In this document: positions 50,703 to 62,120 of the stretch, piece by piece
Layout: every line of letters starts with the position of its first letter
How positions within the stretch are numbered: the first letter of the stretch is position 1
From: Microthyrium microscopicum
Taxonomy: Eukaryota
Length of the DNA stretch: 64,000 nt
Assembly (NCBI GenBank): GCA_010405405.1
Contig: MU004232.1
Span: forward strand, 1,259,481 to 1,323,480
Direction of reading: 5' to 3'
Made by a program: the position numbers and the translations under genes
Notes under the pieces: generated by a model
Database searches by the model: none
What the model was told of the DNA's origin: nothing
What the model saw: the letters and a program-made list of their open reading frames with translations, nothing else

Positions 50703-52510
50703 TTATTTGCTCTGGACCCAAATGGAAACCGTAACAAACGTCGTGTATATCATACAGACAAGTCCCAAGAACATCATGACAATATCGCCAATCCTAGCCG
50801 CTCTTGATTCGGCAATAGCCTTATAATGCAAGTATGCAGGATAGATGTACACCAGTGGTACGCACTGCATATTATTAGCAAGTTCTTCCATATCATTGAT
50901 GAGTGACTTACCGCGAAGCTTCCGATCAAGCTGACAAACTTGTCCAAATCACCCGCTCCCACGATAGAAATACCACCGCAGATACAGACCACGGCAGCTC
51001 GGAACAAGTTCTTCTTCCATTTGGTCTTTGGATTCGCTTTGCCTGAACGTCGGCCAAACAATTTGCCCTCCATGATTCTTACCGCAGGGAAGAGCTGGAC
51101 AGGAGTGCCCACCAACACAGCGAGACAGTAGAGGAATTGAACGGCATTGACAAGCTTACTGTCCTGTGGAAAGTTGGTAATAATTTCCGTCCGTGTGTTT
51201 TCACCGAACGCAGCGTAGGATAGGAAGCCGACAGCGGTGAAGACTATTGTAATGATGACCATGATTGCAAACAGTAGTTTGGAGAAGTGCTCAGGTCGTC
51301 TCATGGATGATTGGATGGGGAGAATGAGACCGATGCCTTCGAACGTGAAGATGGCGCTGCCGATGGTCAAGGTGAAGTCGCGAGGATTGAACATTTGGAC
51401 GGTAGAATTGATTCCATGCAGAGAAACAATGGTGGCTATATCATAGTAATAAATATATGTTAGGCCAAACATGATGAATACGTCGGCGAGAAGAGCGGCA
51501 CCTCCAAGTTTCGATACATTACGGATGAAGGCCATGGGAATTACGACAAGAAGTTGGATTCCAATGAGAAGATAGGTTGTGACGGCTGGGCGAGGGTTGT
51601 GGGAGACTGCTTGAAGGAAAGAATAGAAATTTTCGGCGGTGAATATAAGACCAGAACAGACGAAGCCGATTTGAGAGACTGTGAGGGAGACCAATATCAG
51701 AGATCTTAGCTTTGGACCTGAGATGGTCCTACCAAGGTCGCCATAACCACCACCGTATTGCTTGCGGCATTGGAGAAGTAAGTGGAAGCATATTCCTGTG
51801 ACAACGGAAACAGTAACAAGTGTTATAGTTGAGAATAGAAGCCCTCCGTTGCGGAAGGCCTTGGGCAGAAACATGATTCCAGTACCAATGAAGGCCTTGA
51901 GTAGCGTGAAAAACGTCTTCACATTGCTTGCATCGCCCTTGTCCGCAAAGGACTTTTTCGAAGTCAATCGTCGCCCTAACAAAGGTCTACGTTCACCGGG
52001 AAGATCTCGATCTGCTTCGTCTTCGCCCTCGTCTTCGGTGGTGATAGCTTCATCGTCTGATTCATGTAGATCTTCGCCAGCAAAACTGCCATAGAGATCC
52101 AGAAAGTCCACAAAGTTGCTGGTCACAGGAGTCGCCACCCTATTGAACTGGCTCTGACTTCGAAGGAAATGTCGCCGAAATCCACCTGGCTGGTTTGGAT
52201 GGACTGAGATGGAAATGTCATCATCAGACTCGTGGATGCTCCTTGTTGGATGGGAAAAAGTGGCGGCTCGTTGATCCAACCTCGCTCGTTTTGACCGTGC
52301 TTCGATGCGATATAAATCTCGAACCATATCTCCGCCTTGGGAGCGTAGGGAAGAATTTGGAGCATTGCTGTTTGATTTATTGGCTGATTTACTGCCACCG
52401 CCGTCGAACTCGCCAGTGTATTCAGGGTCCAAATGCTGCGCAATGATGCGGGCTTCGTCCTCCAGCCTCTGCTGCTCGCGCCGAGATTCCTCGCTATTTG
52501 TGTCGGCCAT
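50703..52510 (-). CDS. AVT4: Vacuolar amino acid transporter, Avt3/Avt4 (AAAP) family; intron ~50911-50865
   Basis: SQGGDMVRDLY, PGGFRRHFL, LYGSFAGEDL, LLKAFIGTGIMFLPKAF and FTFEGIGLILPI motifs; Avt3 versus Avt4 uncertain. Confidence 0.88.
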
Positions 52511-52847
52511 GGTTATTGATGAATGGGCTGGATCATTGACCCGATTCCTAAAGCATGTAGCCAAGGATGGATTGTGTTGTTTGGAAGCCGGATGCTGTTT
52601 GCCACTTCTGTAGTCATGCGGGCTTGGCAGACCCTGCTCGAGTCAGGTTCTCGTTCACATAGTACAGTACTATTAGTAAAAATCAAAATCAAAATTGAGA
52701 AGACATTAAGAACCCAAACAGTCGAACAGGATCACTCAAATTAGTATCAGGAATTATGCAAGTGGATTGTGGAAGGCAAGAAGTGGGCAGTCAAGGCGGA
52801 CATCCTCTCATTACACAGTCAATAAATCAAGCAATGTATACATGGTA

Positions 52848-54254
52848 CACAGCCGGTGTACTAACTCACGGCGCAGGGACCAGGTAGCCCCTTTTTGCCC
52901 ATCACCAAAATAATTATATTATTTTCAAACCATAATTACTTAACCAAAATGGGTCGTAATTACTCCAAAAGATAAGAATATAATACTCCTTAAAAAGCTC
53001 GTTTTATTAAAGCCCTTAAAAATAAAGAAAACTTCCTTTCTTTAAACGTTTTTTGCAAATCTAAGGGAATTAAGATATCTATAGCTATAGGTCGCTATTA
53101 GGCCTTAGAATTTAAGGAACGAGGAGAGAATGCTTATCAAACTATAAGGAAGCAATCTATATATCTAGGAGCACCTAAATAAGTCCAAAAAGAAGACCTT
53201 TAGGCTATTCTTAATCTATTATATCCCCTTTATAATATACCCTACAAAGTAATGCCTTTCCCCTTTAAAAAATAAGCTCTTTAAAAGTAATTCTTAGCGA
53301 TTAGAGCCTATAGGCATAAACGTTAAACTATAAAGAAGATTTCTATAAAGAATAAGCAAGCTCGTATTACTTATAATAAACGATATAAAGATAAAATACT
53401 TATAGGCTTCTAAAAGGACATTTACTTTATAAATAAAGTTTATTTTAACTCTCTTAATTTAGCAAACTATTAGGATTATAAGTTATTATAGCTAGGCTAT
53501 CCTAAGGATTAATTACCGCCTTAAAAACTTAATACTTTATCTTTAAATATTATAATTTATATTACAAGGGGGGTATCTTAAAGAAAGAAGGGATTCTTTA
53601 GCACCTATAATAATCCTACTAAACTAACTCTTCTAAAGCCTTAAGTAAGGCTAAAACTACGTTAGAGAAAAGTAGAAACGAAGAAATAGTTTAAATAATA
53701 GTATTTAGACTATAAAGTATAAAATTTACCTAAAGTTAAGATAAAGCTAAAGGGCAATTTAATAACATAGAAATATTATATTAAGGAGATCCTACTAAAG
53801 CATATTAAAGAGATAAAGGCCCTTAAAAAGAAGTATAACTATAAAATCTAGTTTTAAGAAGATAACGATCTAAGTTATAGAATAAGGTCTAAAAAGAACA
53901 TAGTAGTTACTTATAAAACTTAGAAAGGTCTCTAAATTATTATTAATCCTACTTAATTACTAGATCTTAATCCTATAGAAGTAGTTTAGAATATCATAAA
54001 GGACAAATTACGTAGTAGAAACTTCTTAAACGTAGAGGAATTTAGAGAGGCAATTTACGCTAAGTAGTAACGAATAATAATATTATAGGTTTAAAAAAGG
54101 ATTGCTAAGATACCTTAGAGATATAAAGATATAATAAAGAATAATAGAGAACGTTTAAAGTCTTCGTTATAGTAATATTCGATTTTATGTAGAATATAAT
54201 ATATTGATTTTTGATGTTGTGGCCCCTGCGCCGTGAGTTAGTACACCGGCTGTG
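52848..54254 (+). mobile_element. RIP-inactivated Tc1/IS630-like DNA transposon with 31-bp TIRs
   Basis: TIR CACAGCCGGTGTACTAACTCACGGCGCAGGG at 52848 and its reverse complement ending at 54254; AT/TpA-rich interior; relic transposase with F*KDIYFINK (FWxDxxFTDE), F*EDND and *LLDLNPIEVV*N (SPDLNPIExxW). Confidence 0.9.
52949..54170 (+). pseudogene. Tc1-like DDE transposase relic with many TAA/TAG stops
   Basis: Single reading frame from ATG 52949 kept without apparent indels; stops fall where Gln or Trp is expected (RIP C>T/G>A). Confidence 0.85.
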
Positions 54255-54265
54255 GTATGATGGTA

Positions 54266-54479
54266 CACCCGTTTTCGAAATGTGCCGCCACCCCTTGACA
54301 CCCCCCATATGTTGACTTTCATAGTATTCAACCAATCATAGCCATAAAATACAAGCAAAATACTGGTATTGTTGATTTAGCGTTCCAAAGACCACATTCC
54401 AAACACATGATTGGGCAAATTTCCGAAAAATAGCACGTGGGGGAGGGTCAGGGGTGGCAGCACATTTCGAAAACGGGTG
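54266..54479. mobile_element. MITE (214 bp) with ~30-bp TIRs and TA target-site duplication
   Basis: CACCCGTTTTCGAAATGTGC(C/T)GCCACCCCT inverted at both ends; TA at 54264-54265 and 54480-54481; no ORF. Confidence 0.88.
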
Positions 54480-54664
54480 TACCTAGCTGCAAGGGTGTAA
54501 TAGTTGCAGTGCACAAAGCTTACTGATTGATGAAGTAATGGAATATCAGGCCAAAACTTACGTATCAATTATATATGTTCGTATCAATTATATGTGATCA
54601 ACACCTTCGCTATGCCACGATATACCGTTCCGTGCTAATGCTAGTAATTATGTCCAAAATAGTC

Positions 54665-57055
54665 TTACACCGTTCCCGCGTCTTGCAATTCTTCCTCCTC
54701 CAGATTGTCTACAACCGCTCCTTCTTCCTCCACTTCCTCCTCCTTTGCTTCATCTTTTTCCGGATTGGTGCCTGGACGCGCGCGGTTTCCAATGAAAGGA
54801 TCGTCTTCGGGAGCGAAATCCCGCAGACATGACACTACATCATCCACTCGAAGGATTTGACCCCAAAGCAATGTTTCCTTTTGTCCCCATTCTTCGAGCA
54901 AGCGCTTATCCTTGCTGGTCAGCACGACCCCATCACCCCGATCCGCCTTGTCGATAGTGGCAGAGTATTTGCCTCGTTCCACCTCAGTTCGGCGCATCAG
55001 TCGAATCATGGCGCGGTAGCAGTCCGTAACAATCCGTTTACGAGCTTTCTCCGCAGAGTATGCGTACAACCATAGCAGACGGTTAGTCGTGCGATTGGTG
55101 TCACGCGGAATCTCTTGCGTCTCGATAATGCCGGCCTCGAGGAGGTTGTTGGTAACTTCGCGAAGGTCCTTCGGTTTGAGGATGGCTTGGGTAGCAATGC
55201 CTTTTTCATCGATGCTAAAGTTGCTTTGGAGAATGCGAAGTACGCGGCCTGCGAGGAGACCTTGTTGGGCGGTTACGGTGTTCAGAATTTCGTACTGGAC
55301 AAGATCACGGGTAAGTCGTTTGAAGTGGACACCCCATTTGCTGTCGACACAAAACGCAAACTTGCGAGGGTCATGTTCAAGGATTCGCAGGTGCTTTTCG
55401 AGGAGACTCCGGCGCAAGCCAAGCTCTCTTGCTTTTATGGTTGCACTATCTTCTGGCTCTGTATCCAAATCCGAACCCGAATGAACCACCTTGGATTTCG
55501 ACGCATGACCATTAACTCCGTTTGTTGTCCCTGAAGGTGTAACACCTGTAGCGAGATCAAGGCTGGTAGGGATTTGATCTAGAATTTGACGTAAGGTTGG
55601 ATGCTTCCCTGCTTCGAACAGAGGCTCATCATCACTTCGGAGCTGTTCCCGAGAGTCCAGAGGGTCAAAGCAACGAGCTGTTAATGGCTCCAGCATTCGA
55701 AGTAACAGGCCATAAACCTTCGAGGTAGTTTCGCCAAGATAGCGATGAGCCAGCTTGACGAGCTGTTGGTTGCGAATAATGACATTGCACTTGTCCAAGT
55801 TCACTTGAAACACCAATTCTTCCGAGTCCCCATTGAGCGAAGAGGTAACTTCACCATGTGATCCATTTGAAAGGCCATTGCTCAATTTGGACTTCTTGGG
55901 TACAGGAACACTTTCTTCGCCAGAATTCTCTTCCGCCTCTTGATTCTTTCGTTTTCGCCCTTTGGAAATCTTTGTCGACCCATTTGTCAGTTCGTTGCTT
56001 AATTTCGATTTCTTGGGAACGGGGATTTCTTCCTCGCCAGAAGACTCTTCGTTCTCTCGATTCTTGCGTTTCAGAGCATTAGATGTTGCTGGAGTCCAGG
56101 TCGATACACTTTTCTGGGCGAACACATCTGCCTCATCGCGCCGCTCTCTTTTCTCGACATCCAAATTCCCGGCATATTCAGCCTTGCCATCTTTACCCTT
56201 TGGACCGCCTGGATTTGTTAGCATGTCGTCTTCATGAAAAACCGAAGTTTGCCGAAAACTTGTCTTACCTGGATATGAATTCAAGACTCGTTCAGTCGCC
56301 TCTGTTATAAACACATAGTGTGGCATGCTACTGTACTTGGTTCTTTTCGAGATGTAACCAAGCCGTGCAAGATCGAAAAGAATGGTTTTAAGTTCGCGGG
56401 CTGATTTGGGAGTGTGCTGCTTTGCAGGCCTTGGAGTTGGGGCCTGCAAAGCACCTTCGAGTTGAGTTGATTCTTCAGGTTCCTGGACAGCAAGACTACC
56501 GTTGACGTGCGTTTTTGCCTTGTCGCTGTCGCCATTTGGTATGGATATAGTGAAGTCAAAGGCCTTTTCAAGATCTGACAAGGTGACAAATCCCATGAGT
56601 GCAACTCGCGCCAGCACGCTTGCGTATGTAGGGCCATGTCGTTGATGGATCACTCTTTCAAGTTTTTGATAACGAAAAACGACTTGATAGGCCGTGTCTC
56701 CATCTGCTTCAAAATAGGTGCGTAGACTGACCGGGGAGGTATTGAGTTCTTCGGTATGATAAACAACAAGGCGCTGCTGGGTTAGGACGGTCAGTGTAGT
56801 ACCAACTTGTCGAGAATTAAGTCCAGTTCGTTTGCAGATTTCCTGGATAGTGCGACGGCCAGTGTAAGCGAGAGCTGCATATACACGCTAGAATATATTA
56901 GCACGTGGTTGACATGAAGCCTAGATCAAATTTACAGAGGTGAGTTGACCAAATAGATGATCAATACCACTTATGGTGAGTTCGGCGAGGTCCTACGACT
57001 AGGTTAATGTAATTCTTGGAGCTATTTCAAGAGCGGCGAAGGATACCTGCTGCAT
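54665..57055 (-). CDS. RPC82: RNA polymerase III subunit Rpc82/RPC3; 9-nt first exon (57055-57047), further introns near 56935-56888 and 56268-56209
   Basis: LAELT..GIDHLFGQLTSRVY..L...GR.TI, LTVLTQQRLVYH, RYLGETTSKVY, AGRVLRIL, IDEK and ETQEIPR...RLLWLY motifs. Confidence 0.88.
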
Positions 57056-57644
57056 GATGTAGAAGCAAAACCACGAAAGAGGCCAAGGGCGCCAAAGAGA
57101 ATTGAGGCTATGGTGGGAGCGACATAGAAGCTCGCAGGGAATGTTTCGTCAGTGATAGTTACTATGGCGAAAATATTGGTATCCGTATAGTTAAGTGGTC
57201 TGGAAAAGAAGTAATTTTAAAACTTTGTGGTGCTGAAGAAAAGGGTGAATGTGATGGAGGTCGCGGGGAAAGATCAAAGTTGAATCAAAAGTTGAGTGAG
57301 TCGAAATATGAATGAGCTAACAATAAGTTAGCAGATTCGACCAGGGTTATCGTCCAGGATTAGAGCCAAGACGCTAGAGCCCAGCGTGAAATATAGATTC
57401 ACTACCATTGGACAATGAAGCAGCTAGCCACGATCTATTAATGACTCAGCCACTTGCCATTTTAGCCTTGTCTATCAGACCAGCCTTTGGCCACGCCGGC
57501 AGCTCGGTCCCAGCTAAAATCGGCATCTTCTTCCGGCAAGCTTAACTTCATCTTCGGCGGGAACCGTGAGAAACTTCATTATTGCAACCACCGTCCAGCC
57601 TCGATATCCTCTCAACTCGCCAATTGGCGCCGCAATCCCTCACT

Positions 57645-59214
57645 ATGCTATCGAGGGCTACTCTACGGAGCAGCACAAGTGCTGTCTCTTGTCTCCGGTG
57701 TACTCAACGTCGTTCTTATGCCGGTTTGCGTCCCTAGGCCTGCGTTACTAGCTCTCGAAACTGACTGCCTCTATAGCTGCCTCCTCCGCGTCCGTGAACT
57801 ATGAAGCCAGCGAAGCCGCAGGAACAAAGTTGATCAGCAAGAACATACCTGGGCCCACCTCTACACTCGCCCTCGTGGCCAAAGCCGGTACTAGATATCA
57901 ATGGCTACCAGGTCTTTCCGAAGGTCTAGCCAACTTTGCTTTCAAGGTGCATAGAGTCATACAGTCACCTCGAACGGTCTCAATGCTGACTGTGAATCTC
58001 TATAGAACACCCAAAAACGATTCGCCGTCCGAATCGTCCGAGAAACTGAGCTCCTCGGCTCTCAATTCTTCGCCAACAGAACCCGAGAAGCTGTCGTATT
58101 TGGCGCCAAGTTCATGAGAGAAGACCTTCCATACTTTGTCGAGCTGTTTGCTGAGATTGCTAGCGAAACGAAGTATCAGCGTATGTTTTGTTCACGGTAT
58201 TGAGACGAATTGATCCTAACACTGGTGTAGAATACATGATTGACGAGGTCATAAACCCAACTATCGACGCATCCGCGCACAAGTTCTTTGCAAGCCCTGC
58301 ACAAATCGCTCTTGAGACGGCACATAGCGTTGCATTTCACCGTGGTCTCGGAAACTCGACTTATCCAATACCCCATCTTGTGGCTGAAGAGGTTGAGGCT
58401 TATGCTGCTGCCGCTTATACCAAGTCCAATATTGCGCTTGTTTCTGCTGGTGTCGACCCTTCAGAACTTTCAAAATGGACGGGCGAATTTTTCAAGTCAT
58501 TACCCAGCTCTGCACCTAGCTCGCTACCATCTCTAGATGCTGTCAAAAGCAAATACTATGGTGGCGAGACTCGTGTTGCACATACAGGAGGTAACGCCAT
58601 TGTTATAGCTTTCCCCGGAACTAGCTTGTCAAGAGGCTCGGCATACAAGCCAGAGATTGATGCTCTTGCCACACTACTTGGAGGTCAGCCTTCGATAAAA
58701 TGGTCAGCAGGAACATCGGTTCTTTCCAAGGTCGTTGCTGCCAATCCAGGCGTCAGCATCTCCACCAATTCAACTCAATACACTGATACTGGTCTGCTGA
58801 ATATAACCATCAGCGGCCCAGCTAAGGTTGTCGCAAAAGCCGCTAAGGAGGCCGCAGCCGCTATCAAGTCCGCTTCTGAAGGTTCACCGGCTGCAGAGGA
58901 TGTCAAGAAGGCTCTAGCCCAGGCCAAGTTCAAGGCATTCGATGCAGAGACTGCTGATATACCTGCAATCGATCTTATTGGCTTGAGTGCCATCACCGGT
59001 ACTGTACAGACATCCGAAGAATCTCTCAAGGCCATTGCTGGTCTCAAAGAATCAGCACTCAAATCTGTAAGTATCCTTCTCCCTTTCTGTTTGCCGCCAT
59101 AGACTAATAATTCGATAGGCTGCCAAGGGTCTCTTCTCGGGCAAAGCTACAGTGGTTGCGGTTGGTGACTTGTCAGAATTACCTTATGCAGAGGAATTGG
59201 GTTTGAACGTGTAG
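57645..59214 (+). CDS. QCR2: Cytochrome bc1 complex core protein 2, mitochondrial; 5 exons
   Basis: Mitochondrial presequence MLSRA...RRSYA; TLALVAKAGTRYQ, FAFKNT, KFMREDLPYFVE, AHSVAFHRGLG, IKWSAG and VGDLSELPYAEELGL motifs. Confidence 0.93.
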
Positions 59215-59814
59215 ATAAAATGTCTTCGGGGGCTTGCTGATGTGCTTGTAATTGATGTACCACTACCGCGAGAGCGAATCTCAAATCAATTGATACATAG
59301 ACTTTTGATATTTCATTTCCATTGACTTATACTCTCCAAAGTGCAGGTGATTCACGGTCATTATTCCAACCGGTCGGATCATTATTATTACTTGGTGCTA
59401 TCCCTGTTTATTTCAACATGTGGAAGCTAAAACGCTGATCTTTGGGGTGTTTTAACCATGATCAACAGAACTTTTGGAGAACTATGATTGGTGTTCTTGC
59501 GCCTATTCTATTGAAGATCTCAAGATGTCTAATAAGAAGCTGTACATTTGATAAAAAACAGCCTTTCAAGCCGTGGCGTTCTGAGATCAACCACCTAGTG
59601 TAATATGTAAATATTCAAGGATAGCACCAAGTATCACTCACTCGGATAGCGCACAAAATGGTGGTTAGGGTTGTTTGCTCCAATTGTCTTGGCATCGCGA
59701 TCTGCTCCGAAAAGCCGAAAGCTCAAAAGCTTCAAGTCCAGCATCAAATCAAGTCAACACCGCCAATTCTCTACCCAAACCACCCGTCCCGACTCCAATT
59801 CTCCTCCAGTCACC

Positions 59815-60295
59815 ATGTCTTTTGCTTGGAAAGCCTCTGGCATCACGTACGTCCCGTCCTCCTTCGACTTGAGCACAAACCTTCTTCCCTCTGGCACCTC
59901 CACGACAAGAGCTCAAAGGCCAGCATGAATATTCGAGCTCAACGGGTGATACACTACCTTGGAGATCAATGCGCTAACATCGTCATGTACAGATACAACC
60001 GCTACCTCGCCATCGCATCGCGCGTGGTCCGGAGATCACTAAAAGAAGACCTCAGAGTCGGTGCCGAGCGACGAGGCGAAATGGAACTACGCTTTGCAAA
60101 GTGGGAGGTTCGTCATAAACCCATATATTATCACTACGGCATCTTTCTGATCACCGAAATAAATACCATACTCTCGTTGTTCTTGGGCTAATAATTTTGC
60201 TATTATAGAACGGCAAGCAGGGCGACCCAAAGAGCTTGGCGGCAGCTAACCAGGCTGCTATGGAACAAGCTGCTTCAGCAGGCCAATCGTCATAA
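59815..60295 (+). CDS. ATP15: Mitochondrial ATP synthase subunit epsilon; 2 introns
   Basis: Spliced MSFAWKASGITYNRYLAIASRVVRRSLKEDLRVGAERRGEMELRFAKWENGKQG. Confidence 0.93.
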
Positions 60296-60464
60296 AGAAA
60301 ATAGGTGTGCTGTGAAAGAGCATTTGGGCTGGATGAACGGCAATGTACTATCAAGAATTGCCTTGAAGAGATATACAATCTAGAACTTTGGCATGACCTG
60401 TCATATTGCGGGCTGTGCTGAGAATATTTCCTTGAACTTGCGGTCATGCTAGTTGCATGTGGTG

Positions 60465-60570
60465 TCTTTGTTTTTTGTTTCTTGGTGGCTTTGTTGAGTA
60501 GGGCGGTGGACAATGGGTTTGAACAAAGGAGCAATATTCTCACGATGAACAGATACGACCACCACACTTG
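60465..60570. repeat. Duplicated ~110-bp upstream block, copy 1 (copy 2 at ~61665-61772)
   Basis: Shared CTTTGTTGAGT, GACAATGG.TTTGAACAAAGG and ATTCTCACGATGAACAGA; each copy lies upstream of a USP paralog. Confidence 0.75.
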
Positions 60571-60692
60571 ATGTGACCCAACGACTAAGTGGAGCCGCTA
60601 ATGAGCGTCTAACGAGGAACCGACTTTGGTCCGCTCATACCGCAAAGTTCATTAGTCTCTAGTTACGCGATAGCGCCAGAGCCAACTTGAAG

Positions 60693-61405
60693 ATGGCCGC
60701 ACCTCCACCCATCGCTACTGGTAAATCCATAGCAGGTGACACTTCCACGAGATACTGGCTTCGAAGCACGCCAGCAAGCAATAGCCCAGGTCATCCTGGA
60801 CGACCTTGGCAACAAGCACGGGGACCTACTGACACTGAATATGGAAAAATGGTATATTCCAAATCTCAACTATCTCAACGGATAATCTTAACAGTCCCTT
60901 GGATATCGACCGTCTCGGATGATTGGAATTCGCCAAGTCCCTGAGGTCTTGGTAGTTCGACTCCTACTTCAGGATACTGACACTGGACAAAAGATTCTGG
61001 CTCACTGTACACCTCCGGTCTGGTTGCACTTGGAATCTTACCTACCACGAAAACTTCGCAAGACGACTCCCGAGTGATCACGGTCTGTATCGATATAAGC
61101 TTGTCGGTGCAGTATATCATGACGGCCAACGAATGGCTGGTGGGCATTACTATACCATTGCCAAGGTTCCAGCCAAAAATGGCAAACCTAGCACTTGGAA
61201 ATTCTTGAATGATGCGCAAACTGTTCAAGACAGGCAACTCGTCGATATTCTCAGGGGGACGCCATACCGCGCTCACTCTTGGAACGGCGAGGGAAACCCA
61301 TATCTATTTTACTTCGTTCGAGCACCCCCGACTGACCTGCCATCTCAGACAGGAAAGAAGCGAAAAGCTGATGTCATCTCAAAGGACGACAGGCCGGATG
61401 ACTAA
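60693..61405 (+). pseudogene. Truncated, frameshifted USP deubiquitinase paralog (His box only)
   Basis: Exon 1 homologous to the 62121 gene; then VPEVLVVRL..P.WLHL, a frameshift near 61050-61080, and YKLVGAVYHDG..GGHYY..WKFLND..NPYLFYFVR; no Cys box. Confidence 0.7.
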
Positions 61406-62120
61406 TTGACGAGGAAAGACATACTTGCACGTTATCGCGGCGAATTTGATATCTATCAACAGGATAAGGCTGGAGTCCTAGTAACGTTCAACGCGACGAC
61501 ATTCTGGATATGGTATAACCAAAAGAGGATTTTGGCAAACAAAAAAGTACGACTTGTGAGTCCCAAAAAGGTGCTCAACTTGAAGAAAGGAACTAAAAAT
61601 TGAATACTTTTACATCCAAATACAACTGTGGAAATCTCAAAGTTTGGCCTGCCGGTTGCGTGCTCTTTCTTTGTTTTTTGGTTTTTGGCGACTTTGTTGA
61701 GTGGTTGTGTGGTGACAATGGCTTTGAACAAAGGGTGAAATTCTCACGATGAACAGACATGATTACCACACCTGGTGCAGACCCAGTGGAACCAACCGTG
61801 CCGGCGACGAGACTCGGAAGACATGTCAAATGGAAATTTAGGGTGCATATAGCGAAGTAGCATGGATATTTCAGAAGAGAAGAAATCATGCTGACTACAA
61901 TGATAGTGAGCTTTGAGCTGCTATTGAGCCAATGCATTGTTTGTAAGTCCAATTCGGTCGAGCTAAACATCAAGACAATCGATATTATTCCGGATGCAGT
62001 CATCAACAATGAAAGAGACCTTACTTGACTCGATATTAATCTTTCGGTTGTCGAACTTACCTTCAGCTCTCCAGCTAGCTTCTGACATTGTACTCGCGAC
62101 ATATCCAGTCAAAGACTAAG

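Noticed and set aside
54561..54596. Short tandem duplication CGTATCAATTATAT
   Set aside because: Simple slippage in the RPC82 3' region; no further structure
59663..59672. GGTTAGGGTT telomere-like sequence
   Set aside because: Fewer than two repeat units; may be a promoter motif but unsupported
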